A stretch of DNA of 41,511 nucleotides from Sulfurimonadaceae bacterium (GCA_041548245.1 JBFESZ010000005.1:1-41511), one strand, 5' to 3'; counted from the stretch's first letter, positions 1 through 10,305 are shown. Translations and numbers: made by a program. Notes: a model not told the origin generated them from the sequence alone.

Positions 1-1
1 G

Positions 2-88
2 CAGATTATTTCGCGTGACGGAAAAATCACGACATCAAAAACAGTAAAACTTTCAGGTTCTCCTGTTTATTGTAAGGAACTCTCTTGA
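2..88 (+). CDS. 3' end of an upstream CDS truncated by the window edge (QIISRDGKITTSKTVKLSGSPVYCKELS*), product unknown
   Basis: Open frame from position 2 to TGA at 86-88, which overlaps the TTG start of waaF (TTGA), as expected for translational coupling. Confidence 0.55.
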   Translation, partial: QIISRDGKITTSKTVKLSGSPVYCKELS

Positions 89-1056
89 AGATCTTGATTA
101 TCCTCCCAAACTGGCTTGGTGATGCCTTGATGGCGACACCTGCAATCGAACATCTAAGTACCTTGTATCCTGATGCAAAATTCACCTTTGTGGGTTCGTT
201 TGTCTCCATCGAAGCCCTTAAATACCACCCAAAAGCTGAAGCCTCCTTTGTCGATGAGACAAAGAGGCAGGGTAACCGGTTAAAGGCAACACATGCCTTT
301 GCTGCTTCTCTGGGAGAGTTTGATATTGCCATCACCTTCAGAAACAATATCTACTCCACACTTCTGCTTTTTTTCACACCGGCACATATCAAGATCGCAC
401 GCAAGTCCTGGCATACCTCACTCCTTCTTGATAAATCAGTCAAACTCTCTCGTGACATACATCTGAGCGAGCAATACAACAATCTTGTCAATGCTCTAGA
501 AGAGATGCCTTCATCCGCACCAAAAAGCCGACTCTATATCCCTAGACATCACTACGCCAAGCCGACATTAGGTATTAATCCAGGTGCCACTTACGGCTCA
601 GCAAAACGCTGGTACCCGGAAAAGTTCGCTGAAGTCGCCAGAGCATTCGCTGATAAATACCAGATTGTTATTTTTGGCGGTCCTGCCGAAGTCGATATGG
701 GAGATGATATTGAGAAGCGCCTTCAATCAATGGGAATAAGTAACTATATCAACCTGGCAGGAAAAACGAACATCCAAGAACTTTGTGCACATATCGGAGG
801 TCTGGATCTCTTCATCACTAACGACAGCGGACCTATGCATGTCGCTGCAGCTTATGAAGTCCCTACAGTCGCTATATTTGGCCCTACGCGTCACCTAGAG
901 ACCTGTCAATGGAAAAATGAGAAGAGTATCATTGTCAGACGTGATGATGTCGCCTGTGCACCCTGTATGAAAAGAGCTTGTCCATTAAAACATCATGAAT
1001 GTATGACGAAGATCGAAGCGAATGATGTAATCAAAGCTGTAGAGAGTCTGATATAA
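85..1056 (+). CDS. waaF: ADP-heptose:LPS heptosyltransferase II (GT9)
   Basis: PNWLGDALM, PGATYGSAKRW, NLAGKT and TNDSGPMHVAAA GT9 motifs; TTG start preceded by AAGGA; heptose genes adjacent. Confidence 0.9.
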   Translation: MKILIILPNWLGDALMATPAIEHLSTLYPDAKFTFVGSFVSIEALKYHPKAEASFVDETKRQGNRLKATHAFAASLGEFDIAITFRNNIYSTLLLFFTPAHIKIARKSWHTSLLLDKSVKLSRDIHLSEQYNNLVNALEEMPSSAPKSRLYIPRHHYAKPTLGINPGATYGSAKRWYPEKFAEVARAFADKYQIVIFGGPAEVDMGDDIEKRLQSMGISNYINLAGKTNIQELCAHIGGLDLFITNDSGPMHVAAAYEVPTVAIFGPTRHLETCQWKNEKSIIVRRDDVACAPCMKRACPLKHHECMTKIEANDVIKAVESLI

Positions 1057-1071
1057 AAAACAACGCGAGAA

Positions 1072-1100
1072 TACAAACTACCTTTATAAGATAGTTTGCA
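1072..1100 (-). terminator. Hairpin terminator between convergent waaF and the hldD-hldE-yfaZ operon
   Basis: Minus-strand RNA UGCAAACUAUCUU-AUA-AAGGUAGUUUGUA pairs fully using G.U wobbles and is followed by UUCUC. Confidence 0.6.
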
Positions 1101-1105
1101 AAATA

Positions 1106-1696
1106 TTAGAACTTGATTCTGAATCCGATATAGAACTCATCGTTATATTCATAATCAGCCTTGCGGCCTCCTACCTCAAAGTCTGTGTCGATATCACGAA
1201 AACCTGCAAATATTGTAGCCTGCTCAACAATTTGAACACCTAGCTCAATGCGTTTTTCCATATACATATCTGCATCTTTGAATGATAATACGGAAGGGGC
1301 ATAATCGAATGAACCGGATACGACAACCGGCACTGTTGAACCGATCGGCAGTGTATAAACCAATTCTACGCCTAATGGAACGGCTGCATGTTTAAGCTGT
1401 CCTACTTCTGTATAAGTCCCTTTGGCCCCGATGCCAAAACGTAATCCCTGCATACCTGTCACATCCTGACGTAGCATGAAACCTGCTGATAATAGAGGAT
1501 CTGTGCTCTCACGATTGTCAACATCCAAAAATCCTAATGTCAAAAAGTACGTATTAGGATAATCTGTTTGATTCATCTCTCCTATATCAATATTGCCATT
1601 TAATTCAATATCATCACTGTTAAGGTTAACCGATGCATCATGTGCTGCGAAGAGTGAAACACTAAGAGCGAGGCTCAACAATAGTTTTTTTAACAT
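1106..1696 (-). CDS. YfaZ-family outer-membrane beta-barrel protein
   Basis: Signal peptide, DYAPSVLSFKDA motif, alternating beta pattern, C-terminal Phe (YIGFRIKF); overlaps the hldE stop. Confidence 0.7.
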   Translation of the reverse strand: MLKKLLLSLALSVSLFAAHDASVNLNSDDIELNGNIDIGEMNQTDYPNTYFLTLGFLDVDNRESTDPLLSAGFMLRQDVTGMQGLRFGIGAKGTYTEVGQLKHAAVPLGVELVYTLPIGSTVPVVVSGSFDYAPSVLSFKDADMYMEKRIELGVQIVEQATIFAGFRDIDTDFEVGGRKADYEYNDEFYIGFRIKF

Positions 1697-3129
1697 AGTT
1701 TACTGTCCTTTTTAATTCTTTCTATCGTTCTTGTCGTGCTTTTGCCATCGACAAAGTCCACGAGTTTCAATTCACCAGCAAATTCAGTTCCAACGACCTC
1801 TTTTCCTTCGTAGTCACCGCCCTTGACCAGGACGTCTGGACGGATCATCTTGATAAGATCATGAGGGGTCTCTTCAGAAAAGATCACCACATAATCAACC
1901 ACTTCCAATGCCGCCAGAAGATAAGCCCTGTCATACTCTGGATTAATCGGCCTCTCAGGCCCTTTAAGTTCACGTACAGAACTGTCAGCGTTAAGACCAA
2001 CAATCAAGATGTCTCCAAAGCTCTTTGCCACTTCAAGGTATTTAACATGGCCAAGGTGCAAGATATCAAAACAACCATTGGTGAAAACAATCCGTTGATT
2101 TTTGGCCCGTGAGAGCTCAACCACTTTCGCGATCTCATCACGGCTTTTAATATGCATATCCGAACTGCTCTGATGGATTGCCGATTCATAAGCCTCAATT
2201 TCATCCATAGTTGCTGTCGCTGAACCGATTTTTCCAACGACGACTGCGGCTGCCGCATTGGCAAACTGAGCAGCTGAAATGATATCTTTTCCACTTGAGA
2301 TCGCATAGGCCAGTGAGGAGATGACCGTATCACCTGCACCTGTGACGTCAAAGACCTCTTTAGCTACTGTAGGAACCTTATGCATCCTCTTATCAAATAT
2401 CGCTATTCCGTCTTCAGAAAGCGTAATCATTGATAGTTCAAGCTCACACTCTTGACGCAGCCACTCACCTGCACGTAGTAAGCTCTCATCATCAACGATA
2501 TCGATGCCCGTCGCTTCACAAGCCTCTTTTTTATTTGGTGTCAAAAAGTGTGCACCCTTGTATTTACTGTAATCTTTGCCTTTTGGATCGACCAAGACTT
2601 TTTTCTTTTGCGTCGCGGCCACAGAGATGATTTCCTGACAAAGCCTAGGAGTCAGTACTCCTTTGCCGTAATCTGAAAGTATGATCATGTCATAAAGAAA
2701 AAGGTCTTTTTTGATAGCCGTTACAATCTTATCGACTGACTCTTCTGCGATATCTTCCTTACTCTCTTTGTCATAACGAAGTATCTGTTGATTGGATGCG
2801 ATGATACGGGATTTTTTACTTGTCTTTCTTCCCTCTTGCGTAACGAGACCTTCTGTTTTGACGCCAATGCTTTTTAGCATCATCAAAAGTTCTTTCCCGA
2901 TATCATCCTGACCGATGACAGATGCTACACTGACACTGGCACCCAAAGCATGTAGGTTGTTAACAACGTTTCCAGCCCCGCCAAGAACGGCTGTCTCTTT
3001 AGCTACATTTACGACTTGAACCGGTGCTTCTGGTGAGATACGATCACAATCTCCCCAGAGATAATGATCGATCATCAGGTCACCGACAACCAAGATATTA
3101 GGCTTTGTATCTCTTAAACTCTCTATCAT
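1690..3129 (-). CDS. hldE: Bifunctional heptose-7-phosphate kinase / heptose-1-phosphate adenylyltransferase
   Basis: RISPEAPV, DVTGAGDT (PfkB domain) and FTNGCFDILHLGH (nucleotidyltransferase domain). Confidence 0.95.
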   Translation of the reverse strand: MIESLRDTKPNILVVGDLMIDHYLWGDCDRISPEAPVQVVNVAKETAVLGGAGNVVNNLHALGASVSVASVIGQDDIGKELLMMLKSIGVKTEGLVTQEGRKTSKKSRIIASNQQILRYDKESKEDIAEESVDKIVTAIKKDLFLYDMIILSDYGKGVLTPRLCQEIISVAATQKKKVLVDPKGKDYSKYKGAHFLTPNKKEACEATGIDIVDDESLLRAGEWLRQECELELSMITLSEDGIAIFDKRMHKVPTVAKEVFDVTGAGDTVISSLAYAISSGKDIISAAQFANAAAAVVVGKIGSATATMDEIEAYESAIHQSSSDMHIKSRDEIAKVVELSRAKNQRIVFTNGCFDILHLGHVKYLEVAKSFGDILIVGLNADSSVRELKGPERPINPEYDRAYLLAALEVVDYVVIFSEETPHDLIKMIRPDVLVKGGDYEGKEVVGTEFAGELKLVDFVDGKSTTRTIERIKKDSKLC

Positions 3130-4136
3130 TTTTTCACTTCTGTTTCATAAATACGTTTGATCTCATTGACATAGGCTTTAATCCCATCTTCCATCTCATA
3201 AGCCGGCTCGTACCCCAGTCCTTGCCTTGTTGATTCGATATCCGCCTCTGTATGAAACTGATAAGACCCAATAAACGGGTTGGGAATATACTCACACTCA
3301 TAAGAAGTTCCCAGCTCTTTTTGCAAGATATCCACGATATCCTGGAATGACCTAGCTTTACCGGTACCAACATTATAAATACCACTCTCCTTTGGATGCA
3401 TTGCCTTGATATTGGCTTGAATAATATCTTCCACATAGATAAAATCTCTTAATATCTTATCCGAGCCTTCGAAAAGTCTGGGATTTTTACCTGAAAGCAG
3501 CTGATGTCCAAACTGCAATACCATAGAAGCGGTTGTGTTTTTAAAGTATTCGCGTGGACCGTAAACATTGAAATAGCGAAGTCCAACGATCGATATGCCT
3601 GCTTTTTTCATATATTCTCTGGAAAGATGGTCCATTGAAAGTTTTGAAAAGCCGTATACGTTCTGCGGCGCTTCTCTTCCAACTCTTTGAGGCGAAGGTG
3701 CATCCCCATAGGTCGCTGCCGAAGAGGCATAGATCATATTTGCACCATGCAACATCGCCATCTCAAGTAGCTCTTTATATGCATTAACATTGGTTTTTAT
3801 CATAAGGTCTTGTTCAAGCGCTGTTGTATCGGAAATGGCTGCTTCATGAAAGATATAATCGAACCTGTAATTCTCTTTTAAATTCTTTATTCCATCAGGA
3901 TCATTAATATCACCACTTACTACCTCACCATTGAATCCAATAAGGTTTTTAAAATGACCGAAACTCTTTAGATTGCCGTTTGAAAGCGTCTCACCGCTAC
4001 GAAAACAGTCATAGACAACAACCTTGACTTCAGGGTGGTTGTTTTGAAAATAAAAAGCAAGATTAGATCCGATAAACCCTGCTCCACCCGTAATCAGAAT
4101 CGTCTTTCCACTTAAATCTTTATCGGTATATTTCAT
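3126..4136 (-). CDS. hldD: ADP-L-glycero-D-manno-heptose 6-epimerase
   Basis: TGGAGFIGSN, YASSAATYG, YGFSK, RYFNVYGPRE SDR motifs; coupled to hldE (ATGA overlap). Confidence 0.93.
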   Translation of the reverse strand: MKYTDKDLSGKTILITGGAGFIGSNLAFYFQNNHPEVKVVVYDCFRSGETLSNGNLKSFGHFKNLIGFNGEVVSGDINDPDGIKNLKENYRFDYIFHEAAISDTTALEQDLMIKTNVNAYKELLEMAMLHGANMIYASSAATYGDAPSPQRVGREAPQNVYGFSKLSMDHLSREYMKKAGISIVGLRYFNVYGPREYFKNTTASMVLQFGHQLLSGKNPRLFEGSDKILRDFIYVEDIIQANIKAMHPKESGIYNVGTGKARSFQDIVDILQKELGTSYECEYIPNPFIGSYQFHTEADIESTRQGLGYEPAYEMEDGIKAYVNEIKRIYETEVKK

Positions 4137-4167
4137 AATTTAGCCTTATGATAATTTATATTGCGCG

Positions 4168-4176
4168 ATTTTAACA
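4168..4176 (-). promoter_or_regulatory. Extended -10 promoter for hldD-hldE-yfaZ
   Basis: TGTTAAAAT on the minus strand about 30 nt upstream of the ATG. Confidence 0.55.
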
Positions 4177-4297
4177 AAGATGAGTTGATAGTAAGGTAAA
4201 TCCACTATACCCTATGCATTGAGCAAAATATTTTTAACACTACTGTAAGAATCTTAACTATATAATTCGTGCAAATTTTAAATTTCGGAGATTTACA

Positions 4298-4594
4298 ATG
4301 AAAAAAATTGCTCTTGCTCTTATCGTAGCTGGTTCAACTCTTATGGCAGCTGACGGTGCTGCACTTTACAAAAAATGTGTTGCTTGTCACGGTGCTAAAG
4401 GTGAAAAGAAAGCTCTTAACAAATCAGAAGTAATCAGTGGTTGGGATGCTGCTAAAACTGAAGAAGCACTAAACGGTTATAAAGCTGGTACTCGTAACAT
4501 CAAAGGTATGGGTGCATTGATGAAAGGTCAAGTAGCTGCTTACTCTGATGCTGATATCAAAGCTGTTTCTGCTTACATCGCAGGTCTTAAATAA
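4298..4594 (+). CDS. Periplasmic monoheme cytochrome c553
   Basis: Signal peptide, CVACH heme motif, distal Met in ALMKGQ; GGAG RBS; TATAAT at 4261-4266. Confidence 0.92.
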   Translation: MKKIALALIVAGSTLMAADGAALYKKCVACHGAKGEKKALNKSEVISGWDAAKTEEALNGYKAGTRNIKGMGALMKGQVAAYSDADIKAVSAYIAGLK

Positions 4595-4602
4595 TCCTGC
4601 TT

Positions 4603-4621
4603 TTCGGGCACTTTGCCCGAA
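4603..4621 (+). terminator. Intrinsic terminator hairpin, probably bidirectional between cytochrome c and ccoS
   Basis: TTCGGGCA-CTT-TGCCCGAA perfect 8-bp stem 8 nt after the cytochrome c stop. Confidence 0.7.
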
Positions 4622-4659
4622 TACCTTCTGCTAACATTCAATCCAAAAAATAACGTTTT

Positions 4660-4878
4660 TTACTGATTGTCTTTTTCTGATAATCTATACTCTTTTTTTC
4701 GGCGTTCTTTTTCTGCCGCTTCATTCAGTTCCTCTTCTCCGTCAAAGAGAACAGTATTCATCATCTTATCCTTATCATCAAACTGACCCGTCTTAATCGC
4801 CCATATAACACCTAGCAAAGCCAGTGCACCAAGAAGCAATGATATCCCTATCATTATAATTACAATACCATTAGACAT
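4660..4878 (-). CDS. ccoS: cbb3-type cytochrome oxidase assembly protein CcoS/FixS
   Basis: One N-terminal TM helix then WAIKTGQFDD; start moved to the ATG at 4878 (MSNGIV) after an AAGGGA RBS. Confidence 0.88.
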   Translation of the reverse strand: MSNGIVIIMIGISLLLGALALLGVIWAIKTGQFDDKDKMMNTVLFDGEEELNEAAEKERRKKEYRLSEKDNQ

Positions 4879-4889
4879 CTTTTCCCTTT

Positions 4890-7280
4890 TTATCTGTTCC
4901 ACTTCCATTTAATGCGCATCGAGTTACCTACCACCAACAAAGAGCTAAATGACATCGATGCTGCTGCAATCAATGGAATAATATAACCTGCCATTGCCAA
5001 AGGAATCGTCACTGCATTATAAAGCAATGATATGGCAAGGTTTTGCTTGACAAGGCTAAACGTCCTCCGAGAGATCAAGAGTGCCTCCCTTAGACTTATT
5101 AAAGAGTCATTTAGAACGACTACATCACTCACCTCGATTGCGATATCCGAACCGCTTCCCATGGCAATACCTATATTGGCATGTGCCAAGGCTAATATAT
5201 CATTGACCCCGTCACCTACCATCACACGAACCTTATCATCATGTCCTGCAACAATATCAGCTTTGTCTTCAGGAGAGAGACCCGCATAAAAGTTTTTTAT
5301 ACCGACCTCATCAGCAATATGTCGGGCTGAATGCTCATTATCACCTGTAAGCATCAACACTTCAATCTCCCTAGATTGGCACATATCAATAAGCTCGATA
5401 ATACCCTCTTTTACTTTGTCCCTTAATTCATAATAGGCTACCAACCGATCATCTATTGCAAAGAAAAAAAGTGAAACATTGGATTTAATATCTGTCTTAA
5501 TCCCATTTTCTCTCATAAATTCTGCATTGCCACCCAAAAGCTTTTTATTATCATACACAGCAATTGTACCCCGAGAAGGGATCTGCTTCGAGGAAACAAG
5601 AGGTGCAGGTAGAAGGGAATTATCCTCCTTTTTGATGTACCGGGCTACTCCCTGGGAGACTGGATGTAAGGATGATTCACACAAAGCGAGCAGAAGCCGT
5701 TTGTCTACTTGTGAGAATTGTTGTTCATTGATGACTTCAGGCTTTCCTTGCGTGATCGTTCCCGTCTTATCCAGGATCAACATCTGCGTTTTAGCCATAG
5801 TCTCAATCTGTGCTGCTTCTTTAAAAAGTATTCCCCGTTTGGCACCCAAACTCAAGCCAATCAGTGTTGCAAGTGGTGTTGCAAGTGCCAAGGCGCAGGG
5901 GCATGCGATGATTACGACCGAGATTCCTACCATAAAAGACTCTTCAAATGAGTGCGGCCACCACCACCATACAATAAATGTCATCAGAGCCAGCAGTAAG
6001 ATCACCGTTGAGAAATGGCCCGATATCCTGTTTGCCATTATTTCGACTTGCGGTTTTTTTCTCATTGCATTCTCAAGCAATGAGACCAGATTCGAAAGTG
6101 TAGAATGTGAAAAGTCTTTCTCGACTTTATACCTGAAGAGTGAATCGACACAGATCGTTCCACTGATCACTTTATCACCTTCTTTTTTATAGACAGGATG
6201 ACTCTCTCCGCTTAAACTTGACTCATCAAAATAACCTTCTCCTTTAATCACCTTGCCATCTAAAGCTGCCTTCTCGCCTGGCTTTATCTCTAAGAGGTCT
6301 CCTACCCTGACCTCATGTACACTAGTTGTTTCAATCTTTCCATTTTCATAACGATTGACTTCATTGGGTACATGTTTGGAAATAATATCCAAGGTGTCAG
6401 CTGCGGATTTTTTACTAAGCACTTCTAAAAATTTTCCGACCAATACAAAGGTAATGATCATCGTCACTGAGTCGAAATAGGCTTCTCCCTTTTGAGCCAA
6501 TGCAATATATATTGAATATAAGTAGGTCAAGAAAGCCCCTGTAGCAACGAGGACATCCATATTTACTATGTGGTTCTTGATACCGAAATAAGCCCCCTTG
6601 AAAAAGACAAAACCACTGTAGAAAAGTACCGGTGTAGCCAGAAACCATTCAGCAACGTTCAGGATATTTTTCATCTCCTGTGTCATACCTGTGAAATATC
6701 CTGCATATTGAGCAATGGCTATCCACATAATATTCATCGAACCAAAGAGTGCAACAACAATGCGCAGATAATACTCTTTTCTCTGCATATTGGCTTTTGC
6801 TTCCTGAACGGAAGGATCATAAGGATAAGCATTGTATCCGATAGAGCGTATTACATCGATAATGGATGAGAGCTTGACAATATGGTCTGCCCAAACGATC
6901 TTTGCTTTGTTATTGGTATAGTTGATACTCGCTTCTATCACCCCTTCGAGTTTATGCAAGGCCCTCTCATTCAGCCATACACACGCTGAACAGTGAATGC
7001 CTTCAATCACCAGTGATATCTCTTGGAAACCTTCACTGTTTGTTGTCACAAACTGTTTATAAAATGAGTCCGAATCAAAGGAAGAGCTATCTTCAAAAGT
7101 ATGTGTAGGCGCTGCAAGCTTTTTACTTCCCAGTTTGTCATAAAAACTTTCCAAACCAGAATCATTTAAAAGATGGAAGACCCCTTGGCAGCCTGTACAG
7201 CAGAAGAAATTTTCTTCATCTTTGATCATCACGTCCTTTTCAAAGTCAAGATGACAATGTGAACATTTAATCTTCGACAA
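4890..7280 (-). CDS. ccoI: CcoI/FixI-type Cu(I) P1B ATPase
   Basis: N-terminal CSHC...CCTGC, HMA motif CSAC, CPC, DKTGT, GDGVND, YN and MSFSS Cu(I) signatures; directly upstream of ccoS; TTG start. Confidence 0.88.
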   Translation of the reverse strand: MSKIKCSHCHLDFEKDVMIKDEENFFCCTGCQGVFHLLNDSGLESFYDKLGSKKLAAPTHTFEDSSSFDSDSFYKQFVTTNSEGFQEISLVIEGIHCSACVWLNERALHKLEGVIEASINYTNNKAKIVWADHIVKLSSIIDVIRSIGYNAYPYDPSVQEAKANMQRKEYYLRIVVALFGSMNIMWIAIAQYAGYFTGMTQEMKNILNVAEWFLATPVLFYSGFVFFKGAYFGIKNHIVNMDVLVATGAFLTYLYSIYIALAQKGEAYFDSVTMIITFVLVGKFLEVLSKKSAADTLDIISKHVPNEVNRYENGKIETTSVHEVRVGDLLEIKPGEKAALDGKVIKGEGYFDESSLSGESHPVYKKEGDKVISGTICVDSLFRYKVEKDFSHSTLSNLVSLLENAMRKKPQVEIMANRISGHFSTVILLLALMTFIVWWWWPHSFEESFMVGISVVIIACPCALALATPLATLIGLSLGAKRGILFKEAAQIETMAKTQMLILDKTGTITQGKPEVINEQQFSQVDKRLLLALCESSLHPVSQGVARYIKKEDNSLLPAPLVSSKQIPSRGTIAVYDNKKLLGGNAEFMRENGIKTDIKSNVSLFFFAIDDRLVAYYELRDKVKEGIIELIDMCQSREIEVLMLTGDNEHSARHIADEVGIKNFYAGLSPEDKADIVAGHDDKVRVMVGDGVNDILALAHANIGIAMGSGSDIAIEVSDVVVLNDSLISLREALLISRRTFSLVKQNLAISLLYNAVTIPLAMAGYIIPLIAAASMSFSSLLVVGNSMRIKWKWNR

Positions 7281-7755
7281 TTTCGAATTTTCCCAGTCTT
7301 TTGTTCTTCAGAAGTCTATCATGTCTCTCAATAGATCCCTGCATGCAGACATACACACCTGGAGTCATCATACTCTTGGCAAAGCCCAAAGCCATAGACA
7401 GGTTTGCCGTCGCTTCAACCGGATCGATTTCAAAAGGGACCATTGCCCCTGTGAAGATGATGACCTTATCATCTAGAACTTCATCTAAAAAAGATGCACT
7501 CATATCCATGGTATCTGTTCCATGAATAATAACAAAATGGGTGTCCGAGGATGCTGATATGATCTTGGCCAGCATTTTTCTGTCATCCATATCCATATCC
7601 AGACTGTCTTTATAGATAAGCCCCGCCATATCAACCTCATAAGTAAAAGTTGAAAGTATCTTTTCTACAGCCAGATTATCATAAGGGACTTCCATCTCAC
7701 CCGTAATAGAATTGTAACGTTTATTGAAAGTTCCACCTGTGTTAAGGATCAGCAT
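7267..7755 (-). CDS. Short-chain L-asparaginase-family protein (N-terminal catalytic domain only)
   Basis: NTGGTF and HGTDTM catalytic motifs, FTGAMVP, EATANL; only 162 aa. Confidence 0.82.
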   Translation of the reverse strand: MLILNTGGTFNKRYNSITGEMEVPYDNLAVEKILSTFTYEVDMAGLIYKDSLDMDMDDRKMLAKIISASSDTHFVIIHGTDTMDMSASFLDEVLDDKVIIFTGAMVPFEIDPVEATANLSMALGFAKSMMTPGVYVCMQGSIERHDRLLKNKRLGKFEIVED

Positions 7756-8276
7756 ATCAGACTTCTTAAAGAGTGTATATTTTGTGTTGCCTTAGTCTGC
7801 TTATCCTCTTTGGAAAAAAGATAGGTCTTTTTGATACCTGCCCTATGGGCTGCTTCAATATCTCTTTCACTGTCTCCGACTAAAAGGGAGTTCTCAAAAT
7901 CAATATTCAACTCCTTGCCTGCTCTTAACAACATTCCAGGATGAGGCTTTCTGCATTCGCATTCACCACTTATATCAGGGTGATGCGGACAGTGGTAAAC
8001 TTGTGTTATCATAACACCTTCAGAAGTAAAAGCATCCAACATCCAAAATGTAAGACTTGCAAAGTCCATCTCTGAATAATAACCTCTTGCAATCCCTGAC
8101 TGATTTGTCACAACTACAATAAGGTAATCTTTCTCTTGATAATAACGGCACAGCTCGAAGATGCCGTCAATAAACTCGAAGTCCTCTTTTTTATGAAGAT
8201 AGTTTTTTTCAATATTGATGACACCGTCACGGTCTAAAAAAAGTGCCGGCTTTTTTTCATTCAATGAGAGTCCCAT
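7749..8276 (-). CDS. gmhB: D-glycero-D-manno-heptose-1,7-bisphosphate 7-phosphatase
   Basis: FLDRDGVIN HAD motif, TNQSGIARG, CPHHP...CECRKP zinc site. Confidence 0.92.
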   Translation of the reverse strand: MGLSLNEKKPALFLDRDGVINIEKNYLHKKEDFEFIDGIFELCRYYQEKDYLIVVVTNQSGIARGYYSEMDFASLTFWMLDAFTSEGVMITQVYHCPHHPDISGECECRKPHPGMLLRAGKELNIDFENSLLVGDSERDIEAAHRAGIKKTYLFSKEDKQTKATQNIHSLRSLIC

Positions 8277-8278
8277 TG

Positions 8279-8872
8279 CTACTCTTCACTGACTCCATCA
8301 CCGAATAGTTCTTTTTCAATAATATCGCATATCATATGTCCGATGAGGATATGAGACTCTTGAATACGCGGTGTCGCATTGGATGGGACGATAATCGCAT
8401 AATCGGAAATCTTAGCCATCTCGCCACCATCACGGCCGACTAAAGCGACCGTTGTCACCCCTTTGGCCTTTGCCGCATGAATAGCATTGACAATATTTTC
8501 AGAATTACCTGAAGTAGAGATGCCTATAAAAAGATCACCTTCACTTCCCATTCCTTCCATCTGACGGGAAAAAACTTTGTCATATCCGTAATCATTGCCA
8601 ATAGCAGTCAAGTTTGATGTATCTGTCGTTAATGCGATCGACGGTATAGAAGGACGATCAAAACCATAACGTCCTACCAACTCAGCTGCGATATGCTGTG
8701 CATCAGCTGCTGATCCACCATTACCTGCAAGCAGTGTTTTTCTGCCATTTCTGTAAACTTCGACACAGGCCTGAGCAACTTCAGCAATAGTCTGCATCAA
8801 CACTGCATTATTTAATATATTTTGTTTTGTTTCAATAGATGCTTGAATCTGATCTTTAATATAGTTAATCAT
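8279..8872 (-). CDS. gmhA: Phosphoheptose isomerase
   Basis: GNGGSAADAQHIAAE, GNDYGY, STSGNS, RIQESH. Confidence 0.95.
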   Translation of the reverse strand: MINYIKDQIQASIETKQNILNNAVLMQTIAEVAQACVEVYRNGRKTLLAGNGGSAADAQHIAAELVGRYGFDRPSIPSIALTTDTSNLTAIGNDYGYDKVFSRQMEGMGSEGDLFIGISTSGNSENIVNAIHAAKAKGVTTVALVGRDGGEMAKISDYAIIVPSNATPRIQESHILIGHMICDIIEKELFGDGVSEE

Positions 8873-8900
8873 TATTTACCTTTATCTTAATAGAGAGGTT

Positions 8901-8909
8901 ATTATAGCA
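8901..8909 (-). promoter_or_regulatory. Extended -10 promoter for gmhA-gmhB-asparaginase-ccoI-ccoS
   Basis: TGCTATAAT on the minus strand 28 nt upstream of the gmhA ATG; AAGG RBS in between. Confidence 0.7.
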
Positions 8910-8924
8910 TTGTATGACTTACGG

Positions 8925-8960
8925 GGAAAAGGAAAATGCTGAGTACACTGACTCAGTATT
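8925..8960 (-). terminator. Intrinsic terminator after ugd
   Basis: AATACTGAGT-CAGTGT-ACTCAGCATT stem (one mismatch) followed by TTCCTTTT. Confidence 0.65.
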
Positions 8961-8972
8961 ATTGATACTAGC

Positions 8973-10295
8973 TTATACCCCGATTTGAAAGTATTCAAAT
9001 CCAAGTTCAGCCATACGTTCTTTATCAAATTGATTACGGCCGTCAAAGAAGATATTTGCTTTCAGTAATTTCTTCATCTCATCAAAATCCGGGCTTCTGA
9101 ACTCTTGCCACTCTGTTACAAGGATAACTGCATCGGCATCTCTAAGTGCCTCATACTTACTGTCTACATAAGAAACATCTTTGTTGTCCTTCAGATAATA
9201 ACTTTCCGCTTCATGACGTGCCTTTGGATCATAAGCTACAATCTTGGCACCCTGAGCTGTTAGTTCATTGATAATAGTTATCGAAGAGGCTTCTCGCATG
9301 TCATCTGTCTCAGGTTTAAAAGCAAGCCCCCATACTGCAAAGATTCTGCCTTTCAACTCCTTGCCAAAACGGTTAAAAACTTTTTTTGAAATAACACTTT
9401 TCTGATCATAATTAACTGCTTCGACAGCATCAAGAATACGCGGTGTATATCCATAGTCTCTGGATGTTTTCGCAAGAGCCTGAACATCCTTTGGAAAACA
9501 TGATCCACCGTAACCACACCCCGGATAAATAAAACTATACCCGATACGGCTGTCTGATCCAATACCGTTGCGGACCTTATTAACATCAGCTCCCACGCGT
9601 TCACAAATGTTTGATATCTCATTCATAAAAGATATCTTCGTTGCAAGCATTGCATTGGCTGTATATTTTGTCATCTCAGCCGATTTAATGTCCATAGCAA
9701 TAAAGCGGTCATGATTTTTCATAAACGGTGCATATAATTCATGCATGATCTGCATCGCTTTGTCCGAATCAGCTCCTACAACAACGCGGTCAGGATGCAT
9801 GAAATCATTAATCGCTGCTCCCTCTTTCAAGAATTCAGGATTAGAAACAACATCAAACTTCAAATCACTTCCACGTTTATCCAATTCGGCTTGAATCGTT
9901 GCCGTGACTTTTTCAGCCGTACCAACAGGAACTGTTGACTTATCAACGATAACCATATAGTCTTGCATATACTCTCCGATACTTTTAGCCACAGCAAGTA
10001 CATACTGAAGATCAGCGCTTCCATCTTCTCCCATAGGTGTTCCAACAGCAATAAAAGAGATACCTGTCTTAGCCACAGCATCTTTGATATCGGTCGTAAA
10101 GTTCAATGTGCCTTTTTTATAGTTCTCAAGTACCATATCCTCAAGGCCAGGTTCATAAATTGGAATCTTCCCCTGTTTTAAAGACTCAATCTTCTTCTCA
10201 TCAATGTCAACACACGTAACACTATTTCCCATCTGGGCAAAACATGTTCCTGATACAAGTCCCACATATCCTGTTCCAATTACCGATATCTTCAT
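8973..10295 (-). CDS. ugd: UDP-glucose 6-dehydrogenase
   Basis: [43 protein letters not shown]. Confidence 0.93.
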   Translation of the reverse strand: MKISVIGTGYVGLVSGTCFAQMGNSVTCVDIDEKKIESLKQGKIPIYEPGLEDMVLENYKKGTLNFTTDIKDAVAKTGISFIAVGTPMGEDGSADLQYVLAVAKSIGEYMQDYMVIVDKSTVPVGTAEKVTATIQAELDKRGSDLKFDVVSNPEFLKEGAAINDFMHPDRVVVGADSDKAMQIMHELYAPFMKNHDRFIAMDIKSAEMTKYTANAMLATKISFMNEISNICERVGADVNKVRNGIGSDSRIGYSFIYPGCGYGGSCFPKDVQALAKTSRDYGYTPRILDAVEAVNYDQKSVISKKVFNRFGKELKGRIFAVWGLAFKPETDDMREASSITIINELTAQGAKIVAYDPKARHEAESYYLKDNKDVSYVDSKYEALRDADAVILVTEWQEFRSPDFDEMKKLLKANIFFDGRNQFDKERMAELGFEYFQIGV

Positions 10296-10305
10296 TCTTT
10301 ACCTT

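Noticed and set aside
5479-6192. 237-aa plus-strand ORF antisense to ccoI
   Set aside because: Shadow frame of a well-conserved gene; Ser/Ile-rich, no RBS or recognisable motif
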